A DNA stretch of 63,193 nucleotides, counting the filler, from Octopus bimaculoides (Eukaryota), in NCBI RefSeq assembly GCF_001194135.2. It is 4 parts of 4 records of this genome, joined end to end, with 100 filler letters (N's around TTAATTAATTAA, not from the genome) between each part and the next. Parts side by side here need not be neighbours in the genome. Positions count along the whole stretch, not along the records: positions 1 to 27,282 come from NC_068981.1; 3 more parts are not named here. One strand, written 5' to 3'. This document shows, one piece after another, positions 13,189 to 25,760 of this stretch. The number at the start of each line of letters is the position of its first letter. Within the stretch, counting starts at the first letter, position 1. The notes beneath the pieces were generated by a model. It was not told where the DNA came from and did not search any database. It saw nothing but the letters and a program-made list of their open reading frames with translations. A program made the translations under genes and the position numbers.

Positions 13189-13557
13189 ACATATGTACAC
13201 ATGTATACGCATATAGTTACATATTATCATGCATAAGAATAATTTCCTTTCTATTTGGACTGTGAATTACAGAATTGGTTTTTGTAACTGACGAAGTGGA
13301 ACGACGCAGAAATGCATGTGTTCCACAATCCAATGACATCATTCACAGCCCCAAAAATGTGTTTTATACATGTCTAGGTGGGGAATTTTTTCTCGAGGCT
13401 ATCCCCGAAGCGAAATGCTTTTTCACGTTCGAATACACTCGAACGTTTCTATCTCAACACCACTTCATCTTCTCTCCCTCCACTTTCTCCTCACTTCACT
13501 CCTCTCGCCAATCCAGTTTTTCTCCCCGTCACTCTATTCCTCTCCCCTTCCTATCTT

Positions 13558-13646
<89 letters not shown>

Positions 13647-14159
13647 NNNNNNNNNNNNNNNNNNNNNNNNNNNNNNNNNNNNNNNNNNNNNNNNNNNNNN
13701 NNNNNNNNNNNNNNNNNNNNNNNNNNNNNNNNNNNNNNNNNNNNNNNNNNNNNNNNNNNNNNNNNNNNNNNNNNNNNNNNNNNNNNNNNNNNNNNNNNNN
13801 NNNNNNNNNNNNNNNNNNNNNNNNNNNNNNNNNNNNNNNNNNNNNNNNNNNNNNNNNNNNNGATAATGGTGATGTTGATAGCAATAATGGCGGTGGGGGG
13901 TGATGAGGATGATGATGATGATAGTGATGGTAGTGGTGGTGGTGGTGGTGGTGCGTGGGTGTTTGGGTGGGTGTAGTGTTGATTATATCAAAGTTATGAA
14001 GATGACGCTGAGCAGAAAATGTTACATCTTCCACCACTTCGTTGTCATCATCATCATCACTAACATCTTTTATCATCTTCATAATTTCATCATTCTAATT
14101 CTGCTCCTCCGCCTCCCCTGCCTCCTCCTTCTCATAAAAATATTAACGGTTTCAAATTT

Positions 14160-14383
14160 TAGCACAAGGCCAGCAATTTCGGGAGGAGGGTGTAAGTCAA
14201 TTACATCCACCCCAGTTCTCAGCTGGTATTTATTTTATCAAACCCCCACCACCACCACCACCGCCCGAAAGGATGAAAGGCAAAGTTCACTTCGGTGTAA
14301 TTTTACCTCAGAACGTAAAGACGGACGAAATACCGCTGAACATTTTATCCGGCTAACTAACAATTCTGCCAGTTCGTCGCCTT
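14160..14383 (-). mobile_element. SINE family C
   Basis: AAAGGATGAAAGGCAAAG...GAAATACCGCTG...TTCTGCCAGTTCGTCGCCTT is the reverse complement of the family C head and core. Confidence 0.8.
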
Positions 14384-14401
14384 AATAATTATGATTTCTT
14401 A

Positions 14402-14460
<59 letters not shown>

Positions 14461-14595
14461 GAAGAAGAAGAAGAAGAAGAAGAAGAAGAAGAAGAAGAAG
14501 AAGAAGAAGAAGAAGAAGAAGAAGAAGAAGAAGAAGGAGAAGAAGAAGAAGAAGAAGAAGAAGAAGAAGAAGAAGAAGAAGAAGAAGAAGAAGAA
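14402..14595. repeat. (GAT)n(GAA)n compound trinucleotide repeat
   Basis: Direct reading; source of the poly-M/poly-K pseudo-ORF. Confidence 0.97.
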
Positions 14596-14721
14596 TTACT
14601 ACCTGGAATAAAACCAAACCTCAGCCAAATCGAATAAAAATAACAATAACAATAATTACCTTGATCACTGAAGGAATTCCAGTGGGACTACGTTGTAAGG
14701 AAGAAGGAATGGGCATAGTGA

Positions 14722-15147
14722 TTAATGCGGCTCCCGGGATGGGGGAGACATGGATGCAACAAGGGTGATGAGAAAGGGGAAAGATAATAAGGTGGTGAGA
14801 GGTACTTGAACTGAGGTCGTTGGGTCCAACCAAATCTGAGGAGCAGAGGCCGTCATAGCCGCAGAGAGAGAGGAGACAGCGCGTTTGTGGGAAGAGGCTG
14901 TAGTGGGTCTGTCAATAATTTTTATGCTAATCAGTAGTTGACTGGTTCTTTCTAGATGCTGTTTAGGACGTCAGTGAACAGCAGCAGCTGCACGGTGGCA
15001 ACAGTAGAAGCAGCAGCGGTAGCAACAGCACCGTTCCAGATATGATTTTAATACTCCATTGTGAACCTTACCTGTTATTTGTAGAGTATCGAGAATTTCA
15101 TCACCCTTGTTGCATCCATGTCTCCCCCATCCCGGGAACCGCATTAA
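14722..15147. repeat. 50-bp inverted repeat pair ending in TTAA
   Basis: 14722-14771 and 15098-15147 are reverse complements with 1 mismatch. Confidence 0.85.
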
Positions 15148-15662
15148 ATGAAGTTTCTTCTGACCCTAAAGTGGAGGGCCGGTCGATGGGATGCATTTCT
15201 AGCTAAGTTAACGATGTGCTTTCGCCAGAAGAGATCCCAACGTTGAGTGAACCCCCAACTCTGGGATAGCTGGGTTTCACTATCAAAAATTATAGCTGGA
15301 CCCAAATAGAGCGCTTTTTTAGGGCTCTAGTTATGTTCTACACATTATTAAAAGGAATGTGGAGCGGTGATGTCTTCTTGCTTGATGTGAGTAACGTTTT
15401 TTTGTTTTCTTGAAAGAGACAAGATTAGCTTACCCCCATTTGATGGTGCTTTTGTAGTCGCTGTGCATGGGATCAAAGTGGATTTGGCGTGTGCTGTTTA
15501 CGCTGAGAATGGATGACGCGTGTTGGCGAAGGACAGGAAAGAATAAAAGACTGCCTCGGCTTCATCGATCTCACTATTGACGAACGACCGATAAACGCCA
15601 TGGATGTTCCCTCCTTTGCTCCGATTAATTACACGAGTATTCATGCGAGTATGTTTTACACT

Positions 15663-16010
15663 GTGAAGGCCCATGGCTCAGTGGTTAGAGCGTCGAACTT
15701 ACGATTGTGGGGTTGTGAGTTCGGGTCCCGGACCGGATTGTGTGTTGTGTTCTTGAGCAAGACACTCTATTTCATGTTGCTCTAGTTCACTCAGCTGTAG
15801 AAATGAGCTGCGGACATCACTGGTGCCAAGCTGTATTGGCCCCTTTGCCTTCCCCTTGGATAACATCAGTGGTGTGGAGAGGGGAGGCCAGTATGCATGG
15901 GCGACTGCTGGCTTTCCATAAACAACCTTGCCCAGACTTNNNNNNNNNNGGGGGGGTGAGTTTCTAGGTGCAATCCCATGGTCAGTCATGGCCGAAGGGA
16001 GGTCTCAGCA
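15663..16010 (+). mobile_element. tRNA-derived SINE family A, full length
   Basis: A-box TGGCTCAGTGG, degenerate B-box, GTGTTCTTGAGCAAGACAC core, and 9-bp TSD TTTTACACT (15654-15662 and 16011-16019). Confidence 0.92.
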
Positions 16011-16756
16011 TTTTACACTTGATTTTGGTCCTTTGCCTGCTCAAAGCGTTTTCATAAGTCTGTACCGAATGTTCATGCTAGTTTTCAAAGTCTCAGTTTG
16101 CCCGCATTTCATACTCTCTGAGTTAAATATACAGCCTTCCTTCCATAGCTCCAAGATACTCTGACGATTGATAAAAAGGGGGTATGTGTATCATATATGA
16201 CGCATGAACTCCCGGGAAATACGTCCTTTGCACCACATGTGATACACAAGACAGACCAAGGGTTAACTGAAAAATTGAGCTGCAGCTTATACATGGGAAA
16301 AAGCTAAAACTATGAAGGGAAAAAAAATTGTACAAGATTTAATATTAAAAGAGGGGTGCGACTTGTATTCGTGTAAATACGATAATTTATTTTAAAGATA
16401 CTTTTAGTCAAAAACGAAGTTTCTTTCATGGAGAACTTTCCAAATTTTTCCCATACTTTTTGAAAATAAATTATTTTCTCCTGACACATTAATTAAGATT
16501 TATTAGTGACGTGAAATAAATGAAATTGATATATATCTAATTAAATATTACTTGTCGCCAGTCACGTGTCCAATTGTAAGCAGAGTTGTCAAACCTGAAA
16601 TATATTTCACAATGAAATATTTGTAAAAAATTATCGGATTTTATGTAGTTTTGCTACACGACTAAGGATTATCGCTGACAGCACATTCGGGAAGTCTCTG
16701 CTTGGAGCCAGTAGTTATGTTGCTTAGACTATTATGTTACGCTTAACTAATAAATG

Positions 16757-16920
16757 TACGAGGTGCATTCAAAAAGTATCCGATTTAATTTTTCCCGCCA
16801 AAACTAATGCCACTTGGGAAAAATCCTTTGGGTGGACGGTAACGCCATTATTCTTGCGAATGCGTGAAAATGTTCGCCTAGAGGCGTACGTACTCTGCCG
16901 GGAACTGACGCGGCAGACGC
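16757..16920 (+). mobile_element. Tc1/mariner-like 5' terminal fragment
   Basis: TA|CGAGGTGCATTCAAAAAGTATCCG resembles mariner TIR starts. No partner end was found. Confidence 0.5.
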
Positions 16921-17369
16921 GGTTTACGCACCTCGTATGTTTGTGCTTACATGTGTGTATGAGTCTGTGTACATGTGTATGTACTATATTTGTTTATGTC
17001 GAATCAATGAGAGAGGAGTGTTCAATACATGTTGTAGAGGATACGGGTTTTTTTTTACTGAAACTGAATCAGAGTTTCTCACGTGACTCGAGTCTCACGC
17101 TATTGCGACCCTTCAGACGGGAAGTTCTACCCCTCTACATCACTTTATAATGACATATATTACTGCTTGAATTTTGCATAAGAATTTGTTTGACTTTCCT
17201 CATAAATGATTTTAGGAAGAGACAACCCATGAGTTTGACAATAGAAATAACGTGATATTGGCCAATTCTGCGCGATCATTCTTTCAATGGAAAGTTAACA
17301 ACCATGCATTTTCTCTTTCTCTCTCTTTCTCTTTCTCTCTCTCTCTTTCTCTCTCTCTCNNNNNNNNNN

Positions 17370-17416
<47 letters not shown>

Positions 17417-18049
17417 CTCCCTCTCCCTCTATTTATCAATCCTTCTCTGTGTATCTGATTATCTCTCTACCTCTCAAACTGTTTATATACCAAAGTTGAA
17501 TAGATATTTTTTATAAACAACCTGTTTTATATCATCCGTGGTATGTTATAATTGTTTAACTTGTCAAACTGTTTAGTCAAGATATCGATTAGATATGCCA
17601 AAGATAGCATCTTTGAGTCTGAATTTCTTTTTAAAAAAAAGCCCAATTAGGCTGCAACTGAAAGTTATCACACCAGAATTATTTTGCCACGAAATTCGAT
17701 GTTTATTCTTCCTTAGAGTAGAGTAAAATAATTTGATTGTTCTAGAGAGGATTACATAATTTATCCATTAAATTTATCCCGCTTAAATTTGACATTATCA
17801 GCCTCAAACACGTCAATGTCAATTTCAAATTCGTCATCGTTACTCAACTTAGTTGTCGTTAGTCCCCATTACGTAGTCAACTTCAATCACATTATCGTCA
17901 ACTTAAATGCCGTCAATGCAAGACGGAGCGAATCTTTTTATTAACAAACGTTGACATCAGTGATTTCTTGTCGCAGAATTGCAAAAGGATGCAAACATTA
18001 AAAAGTTTTGTAAAGGATTGCAATTTTCGCATCCTTCATCCTTTATCTT

Positions 18050-18365
18050 TCACTTGTTTCAGTCATTTGGCTGCGGTCATGCTGGGGCACCGCCTTGAAC
18101 AATATTCGACAAACGAATCGACCCCAGTAAAGCATGACCCTTAAAGAATTTTAGTCGAACGAATCGACCCCGGTACTTTTCTTTTTTAAGCCTTGTATTT
18201 ATTCTATCGGTGTCTTTTGCCGAACCGCTAAGTTACGGAGTCGTAAACACACCAAGCGGTGATGGGGGATAAACACAGACACAAAGACACGTGCCACGCT
18301 GTAGGAGTGAACTCGGAACCATATTGTTAAGAAGCAAACTTCTTACCACACGGCCACGCCTGCGT
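18050..18365 (-). mobile_element. SINE family B, internally deleted
   Basis: The 3' domain and the tRNA-like head (CTTCTTACCACACGGCCACGCCTGC) are both present. Confidence 0.85.
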
Positions 18366-18507
18366 CTATATAATAATACTGTCGCATTGCCGTAAATATA
18401 CATCCACTTACAGTGTACATTAAACATAGTAATATAAATGAAAAAGACGAAAACAAGTTTTTAATCAGTTAAATATTTTAGTCCCTATTCCTTTTTCTTT
18501 TAACTCT

Positions 18508-18670
18508 CTGAGTGGTTGGCGTTAGGAAGGGCATCCAGCTGTAGAAACTCTGCCAAATCAGACTGGAGCCTGGTGTTGCCATCCGGTTTCACCAGTCCTC
18601 AGTCAAATCGTCCAACCCATGCTAGCATGGAAAGCGGACGTTAAACGATGATGATGATGATGATGATGAT
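18508..18670 (+). mobile_element. SINE family D or RTE-type 3' end with (GAT)n tail
   Basis: GGTTGGCGTTAGGAAGGGCATCCAGC...GGACGTTAAACGATGATGATG. Short tandem-repeat tails are typical of RTE-mobilised elements. Confidence 0.7.
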
Positions 18671-18899
18671 ATTCTCCTAAAAAAAAAAATCCAACACAAT
18701 AATCTCTAGTCTGCCTGGTTTTGTTAATTTGTGAAGTAAATATTCTTCAAGGCGGTGAGCATGGGCGCAGTCAAATGAGTGAAACAAGTAAAAGATACAT
18801 TCTTTTACAAGTTGCATTCCACAAGTTTTCAGAATTTTTCAGGGGAGACATTTATTAATTTGAAAGAAGTACAAAACTCTAAATCTCCCTCAAAATAGA

Positions 18900-19560
18900 A
18901 TCCTCTGACTTTGGTGCACATGTTGCGGCACTCCAACCACTTCGTGAAGGCCTCATAGAAGTCCCTCTAAACTGAAGGTACCCAGGACCATTGCCACGGA
19001 CTCTTTCATCTTTTTGAGCTTAGGGGAAAACCAAAAGTCACAGGAAGCAAGGTCTGGAAGGGAGGGGAGCAGTTCTGATGGCCACCTCTATCGAGTAGTT
19101 GTTTACCAGAATGGAACTGTGGATTGATGCATTGTTCTGGTGCAGTGCTCTGGCCTTTTGCGACGAAATCTCTTCCTGAACTCCCTCAAAACCCCAACGA
19201 AGTACTCTTTGTTGACTGTCTGGCCAGAGGGAACCCTGTGGATGTAGATAATGCTATGGATGTCGAAAAAGTGGATCATAATGAGCTCCCCGGTGGAGTT
19301 GCTTTGCCTGGTCTCTTTTGCCAGCGAAAAACAGATGCTCGGCTCATGCAACTTAATCCATAAGCAGTCTGGAGTATTTCATAAGCTTCTGCAGCCCAGC
19401 TTCACGCAAAGCTTTATTGTACATCGGGCTTCCAGATTATCTTCACGTCCCGACTACATTCTGCAAACTAGTCATTTGTGACCAGTAGCGTTTAGCAGAG
19501 TGCATTCAAAGTGTTGTGACGTCCGTCCCGTTCAATCTGAAATGACAAAACTTAGCAGAC
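18900..19560 (-). pseudogene. mariner transposase remnant (catalytic region)
   Basis: FFDIHSIIYIHRVPSGQTVNKEYFVGVLREFRKRFRRKRPE...HQNNASIH...PDLASCDFWFSPKLK corresponds to the mariner FFD...HDNA...YSPDLAPxDF motifs. Confidence 0.85.
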
Positions 19561-20296
19561 CATCTTATTAGTAATAAAAGAGCAAAATTACAACAACTTA
19601 GGACATTTATAGAATTGCTTCTCCCCCAAAAAGGTCCCAAAACCTCTAGAATGCACCTCGTCCTAGACATTTATGCATTCTAAATCTTAATTGCTAGAAC
19701 AAATAAAGGTTATGTTATTGTAGTTAGATACTTCCACTAAGCCCAGAGAAAGTGCAGACTTGACCGTGTGGTTGATAAGTTCTCTTCGAAACTACCTGAA
19801 TCCGGGTTCGGTCCCATTGCTGGCCATATTGAACACGTGTCTACTGGTAACCTTGGACGGATCAATGTTTTATGATTAAATTTGAGTAATGGGAACAGGT
19901 TGCGGATACCTCCTTGCCTCCTTCTTCTCCCCACCAGCCTCGGAGACCCTGGAAAGGGCCATGGTGAATGCATTCCCTCCTGACTCAGAGATAAACAAAA
20001 ATTAAAAACAGTCTTGACGCTGGTGGAACTTGATCTCGAGACCATGGGTAACGTAAGTATGGTGAAACATGAGGCTCCACAAAAGCCTGCAAGTCTCACT
20101 CAGAGCGAATTCAAGCAGATAGTCTGGGTAGAAGAATCGATATTTTTATATATTGATCTGTTAAACAGAACAAAGTTGAATGAAGTAAAATACAGGTGAA
20201 TTCATAACGAGAATATAACAGAAACATGAGAAGGAAAAGGTGTAGGGTGGGGTGGAATGGGGGCAGGAGAGCGAGGGGTAGCGGCAGCGGCGGCGG

Positions 20297-20460
20297 TGAT
20301 GATGATGATGATGATGACGATGATGATGAAGACTACAACGACGACGATGATGATGAAGACAACAACGATCATGGCGATGATGATGATGATGATCATCATC
20401 ATCATCATCATCATTATCATGAGCATTAACATCAACATCATCACCACCACCATCGTCATC
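20297..20460. repeat. (GAT/GAC)n-(CAT)n trinucleotide repeat
   Basis: Direct reading. Confidence 0.95.
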
Positions 20461-20994
20461 ACTCGTCAGCGACGAGGAAGACGATGGAGAGGAAGAGGAG
20501 GAGGATGGTTATGATGTTGATATATAGAGCATGAAGGCTTTTCATCAGACTTCAGTTTTTTTTCGGGTTTTTTTTCTTCTTTTTTCCAGTTTTTCATTCT
20601 TTTCTGTGTTTTATATTTAGAAGATTTATTGTATATAAACTCTTTTCTAAATCAAAACAATTCTATAAACAGAAGTGATCGGTTTGAAGAGTCTTGAAAA
20701 AGTTCATTTATATATTTATTTATTTTTTTAACGAAAGAATTGAAGAAGAAAAAGAAGAAAGGACAAAAAAAGAAAGAATGAAGGAGGGAATAAGTGAATG
20801 AGCGAATGAGAAGAAAGAGATCAAGCCAATTGATAATAGATATCGGAGTTAGACGGTAGCAGCATCTCAGCAAACGGTTAATAAGAAATGAAAACGAGAA
20901 AGATCAATGGAACAACGTTTGAAGATTTCACAGGGAGGGGGAAAAAATAAACAGGAAAAAAATAATCATGAAAACGAAGTAAAACAAAAAATAC

Positions 20995-21570
<576 letters not shown>

Positions 21571-22204
21571 GTATGTAACCGCGCGCGGGCGTCAACAAAA
21601 AAAAGAATAAGTAATATTGAATATTTTCATTTAATGAGTTGGTCACAAAAGCAGACGATATGAAACAGTGATCAGGTGATCAAGATTTCAAGGGAAAAAC
21701 CCACCAATCACTCTGGCCCAACCAATGGCGGTTTTCTCTTCGAGTTTCCTCTTTGAACTCTTGTTTCCCGGGACTCGTCTCTAGCGCGGAATGGAACAGC
21801 AGCAACAGAAATACTGAAGGGAAGATCATGTATATTTGATGGGGGTTTTTTTTGCGCGGAGGTTGGGGGAGGAAACGTGTTTGATTTGTTTGTATATTGA
21901 ACATAGATGTCTCTCTCCTTCCTCTGTCTTCGCCCTTCTCTCTCTCTCTCTCTCTCTCTCTGTATATATATATATATATATATTCTTTTACTTGTTTCTG
22001 TCATTTTGACTGCGGCCATGCTGAAGCACCACCTTACACACACATACACACACACACACACACACACATCATTTACACACGCACATATATATAATATATA
22101 TATACGTAGATACATGTTACATGTAAGCATGCACAGTCACACACAAAAACACACACGCATACACGCATACACGCACGCATACACGCATACACGCACGCAC
22201 ATAT

Positions 22205-22370
22205 TGTTGTGTCGACGCCTCCAGGCGAAGAAGTAGGGTCTCCCAAGACATATAAATAGAGGTAGTCTGGCTGTGGTAGGGGTGTTGAGTGGCAGTCGAG
22301 TAGCAGTTGTGTAGCGGTTGAGTAGAGATCATCCGAGGGTGCTGGATAGCAGTAGCGTTGAGACATAACA
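22205..22370 (+). mobile_element. Solo LTR (166 bp) with 5-bp TSD
   Basis: Starts TGTTGTGTC and ends GACATAACA, with an internal TATAAATAG. It is flanked by CATAT (22200-22204 and 22371-22375). A second copy lies at 48760-48922. Confidence 0.85.
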
Positions 22371-23036
22371 CATATACACATATAAATATGCATATATATG
22401 TATATATGCATATAACTGTATACAAATATATGCATCCACGTATAACGTACATATATGCCTGAAGACTATAGATAGATATAAGGGCCGTGGAATGCTAGAT
22501 TCGATGTAGAGTAAGTATATAGTTAGGTCCCTTTACATTTTAAGTTCAAATCCCGCCGAGTTGGTTCTATCTTTTATATTTCTGGGGTCAATTAAATAGT
22601 AGCAGTCGTGTTCTGAGATCGTTACAATTGACTCTTTCACCTCAAAAATTGAAAAAAATGAAAAAAAAATCAATAGAATTCACCATTTGCTGATCGATAT
22701 CGCTGATCACCGAAAAATTAAACAAATGATTTTTTATACACACTAGTAAGATTAATAAATAGTTATAACACATTCGTGTGTGTGTGTGTGTGTGTAGAAA
22801 CACGTTTACAAAAAAAGAGAGTGTGAGACAACTTGATGTGTAGTACTCAATACTTCACTGTAGAGTGAAAATATTTGTATACTCTGTTGATAACGTTTAC
22901 AAGACTAGGGCAGTTTTTTTTTTCTTTTCGTGTTTCCAAATCATGAGAAAGAAACACAGCTTGTTTTTTCAGTATCATTATCAGAATAATCATTATATAT
23001 TAAGTGAACAGGTACTCCGTCGGTTGCGACGACGAG

Positions 23037-23310
23037 GGTTCCAGTTGATCCGATCAACGGAACAGCCTGCTCGTGAAATTAATGTGCAAGTGGCTGAGCA
23101 CTCCACAGACACGCGTACTCTTAGCATAGTTCTGGGAGAGATCCAGTGTGACACAGAAAGGGACAAGGATGGCCCTTACTGGTACTACTGATTTTAGCCA
23201 GCTGAGCGGACTGGAGCAATGTGAAAAAAAGAGTCTTGCTCAAGGACACAACGCGACGCCGAAAATCGAACTCACGACCTTGGAAGCAAACCTTTTACCA
23301 CACTGCCGCT
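23037..23310 (-). mobile_element. tRNA-derived SINE family E
   Basis: Carries the same GACTGGAGCAA..GTCTTGCTCAAGGACACAAC core as family A but with a different 3' body. A related fragment lies at about 62110-62270. Confidence 0.75.
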
Positions 23311-24142
23311 GTTCTTTTGGTTTTTCATTCACTGAACTACAGGAATGTTGTTGAGGTTCGATTCCACTGTCATTTCACAAATTATTTGATAACTTGCCTC
23401 ACCTCCATCCCCTTCCTCAAAGTCCAGTCCTTGACCTCATCGTGGTGGGAAGGTTAAACGAGTGAATGTCAGGGCTATGCCGTTGGGGACTTCGAGTCCC
23501 TGGTAGGGTCATCCAATGCGGTCAGGTCCAACACCGGCGGTGCTAGGGACGCAACGAGGCTAAATGGAGAACAATGGTGAATTCCAGGCGGCGTCTGCTC
23601 CGGAATCCGGCGGCTTCCTGGTGGCGTTGGAACTCGTCTGCAGACATCCTGCGGGCGAAAAGGCGTAACACGAGGACGACCTACCAACGGTCGGAGATGG
23701 TGACTTACGAATACAGACGGGAACTGCTTTCGTGGACTCAATAGGAGCCGGATTAACTCATCCCGGATGAATGCTGTTATAAGACAAGAAGAGACACCCC
23801 CTCCCGTCCTCCGTCACCTTTCCTGCATTCAACACCCTTCCCTGAACCCGCACCAACTACTACCCTTGGTTCTTCCTCTCCATCGCACCAACCCTCCGGT
23901 ATTTCCATCCTGCTGAAGATGTTGAACTGGCAACAGTTAAACAAAACATTTACAGCATCAAGTTCACAGGTTTCGGAAAGCTTACAATGGACGTGGGCAC
24001 TATACTGCCCCTTCCTCAAGACTCAGCAACTAAAATTAATAAAAAAAAAATACGCCTGTCCTCTGAATGTCTACAACGCAAACCCATTCACAAAACTAAA
24101 TATTAACTTACATATCTGACCAGGTGGAACCCTTGAATTATC

Positions 24143-24322
24143 TACCACCACCACCATCACCACTACCATTACCGCCACCACCACCGCCACCACCACTACT
24201 ACCACTACTACTTCTACTAACACTACTACTACTACTAACACTACCACTATTACTAATACTACTGCTACTACTACTGCTGCTGCTGCTGTTACTACTACTA
24301 CTACTATTACTACTACTACTAC
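24143..24322. repeat. (ACC)n/(ACT)n trinucleotide repeat
   Basis: Direct reading. Confidence 0.95.
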
Positions 24323-24324
24323 AA

Positions 24325-24426
24325 GGTTGACCTCGGTGGCATTTGGACTCGGAGCCCAGAAAATGGGACCGGCCACCGCAAGGCAATCTATCCGGTGCTC
24401 CAACGACTCGACCCAATTCCTTGCCC
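24325..24426 (-). mobile_element. Degenerate SINE family C head
   Basis: GTTGACCTCGGTGGCATTTGGACTCGG resembles GTCGACCTCGGCGGAATTTGAACTCGG at 49081. Confidence 0.55.
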
Positions 24427-24639
24427 TGATATTCCTACTTAGCACTGAAATGGTGGGATTATAACTACATCCAATTAAGGGTAGCCTCGGCTTCAACAAC
24501 GCCCGAGACAATTTCTATGGACTAAATACGACTATCCTCGTTTATCACGGGTGTTTTGTTCCAAAGCAACACGTGTTAAATTAATCAGTAATAAAAATAA
24601 AATAGAACATGTGGGAAAAGTAGGCTTCGTTCCGAGACC

Positions 24640-25760
24640 GGAAGTCGACCTGAGTACCGTGAAGGGTTGCTGGGGTGCGCTTTTGCTGTGCTATCCAAAC
24701 AGAATCTTTGATCACCCACCCGTCTTATCACAGATCAATAGGTGCAGGCATGGCTGTGTGGTAAGAAGTTTGTTTCACAATTACATTGTTCCGGGTTCAG
24801 TCCCACTGCGTGGGCCAGTGTCTTCTACTATAGTTTTAGGCCGATCAAAACCTTGTGAGTAGATTTGGTAGACGGAAACTGAAAGAAGCCCATCGTGGAT
24901 GTATGTGTGTGTGAGTGTGCATGTGTGTGAGTGTGCATGTGTGTGAGTGTGTGTGGCTGTGTGTCTATTTAGTGTTGGTGTGTTCACGTCACTGTAACTT
25001 AGTAGTTTGGCAGAAGACATCGATAAAATACAAAAAATAAGTACTGGGGTCGATTCGTCCGGTTAGAAATTTTTCCAGGTGGTGCTACAGCATGGGCGCA
25101 GTCTAATGATTGAAACAAATAAAAGATAAAGATAATTCCGTGATAAGTGTAACATGGCTCGCAGTTGTGCGTACCGTGTTATCCCAGATCCGAGATGAAT
25201 GAGTCCGTGATAAACGAGTACAGATGTACTGCAACGATTTTACTTATTCAAACTGATGTCAATTTTAATTGGTTTCTGTAACTTCGTCATTCCACCATTT
25301 TCAGAAATAAATTGAAGTGGCAGACGAGCTTAAAAGTCCAAAAACTTCTATCCCGCCTCGGATCAATAGATCGATATTGAATTCAATATCATCTTAAAGG
25401 CCCCAAGTTGTTCTGAGCATTGTGGACTGTCGAAGGGGCGCGCTTTTGCTGTCGAAACAGAATCTTTGATTGCCCGTCCGTCTTATCACAGATCAATCCA
25501 TGATAAGTATAACATGGTCCATAACTGAGCGTACCGTGATATCCCAGATCCGCAATGATTGAATCCGTGATAAACGAGGACAGATTACTACAACAATTTA
25601 ACTTATTCAAACTGGTGTCAATTTGAACTGGCTTCTGTCGCTTCGTCATTCCACCATATTCAGAAATAAATTTCAGTTCCAGATGATTCCAATAACTTCT
25701 ACCTCGCTTCGGACCAATAAATCGATGCAGAAGTCTGAACGATACAATATCATCCGAATA
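24640..25760. repeat. Diverged tandem duplication (about 370-bp unit x2), first unit split by a SINE
   Basis: GCGCTTTTGCTG..AAACAGAATCTTTGAT..CCGTCTTATCACAGATCAAT occurs at about 24677 and 25439. The downstream parts 25136-25330 and 25497-25680 also align. Confidence 0.85.
24742..25135 (+). mobile_element. SINE family B, full length with internal microsatellite
   Basis: tRNA-like head GCAGGCATGGCTGTGTGGTAAGAAG...GGGTTCAGTCCC, internal TG-rich repeat, 3' domain and (AAAGAT)n tail. Confidence 0.9.

Noticed and set aside
14399-14617. Poly-Met/poly-Lys and poly-Leu/His ORFs
   Set aside because: These are translations of the (GAT)n(GAA)n microsatellite.
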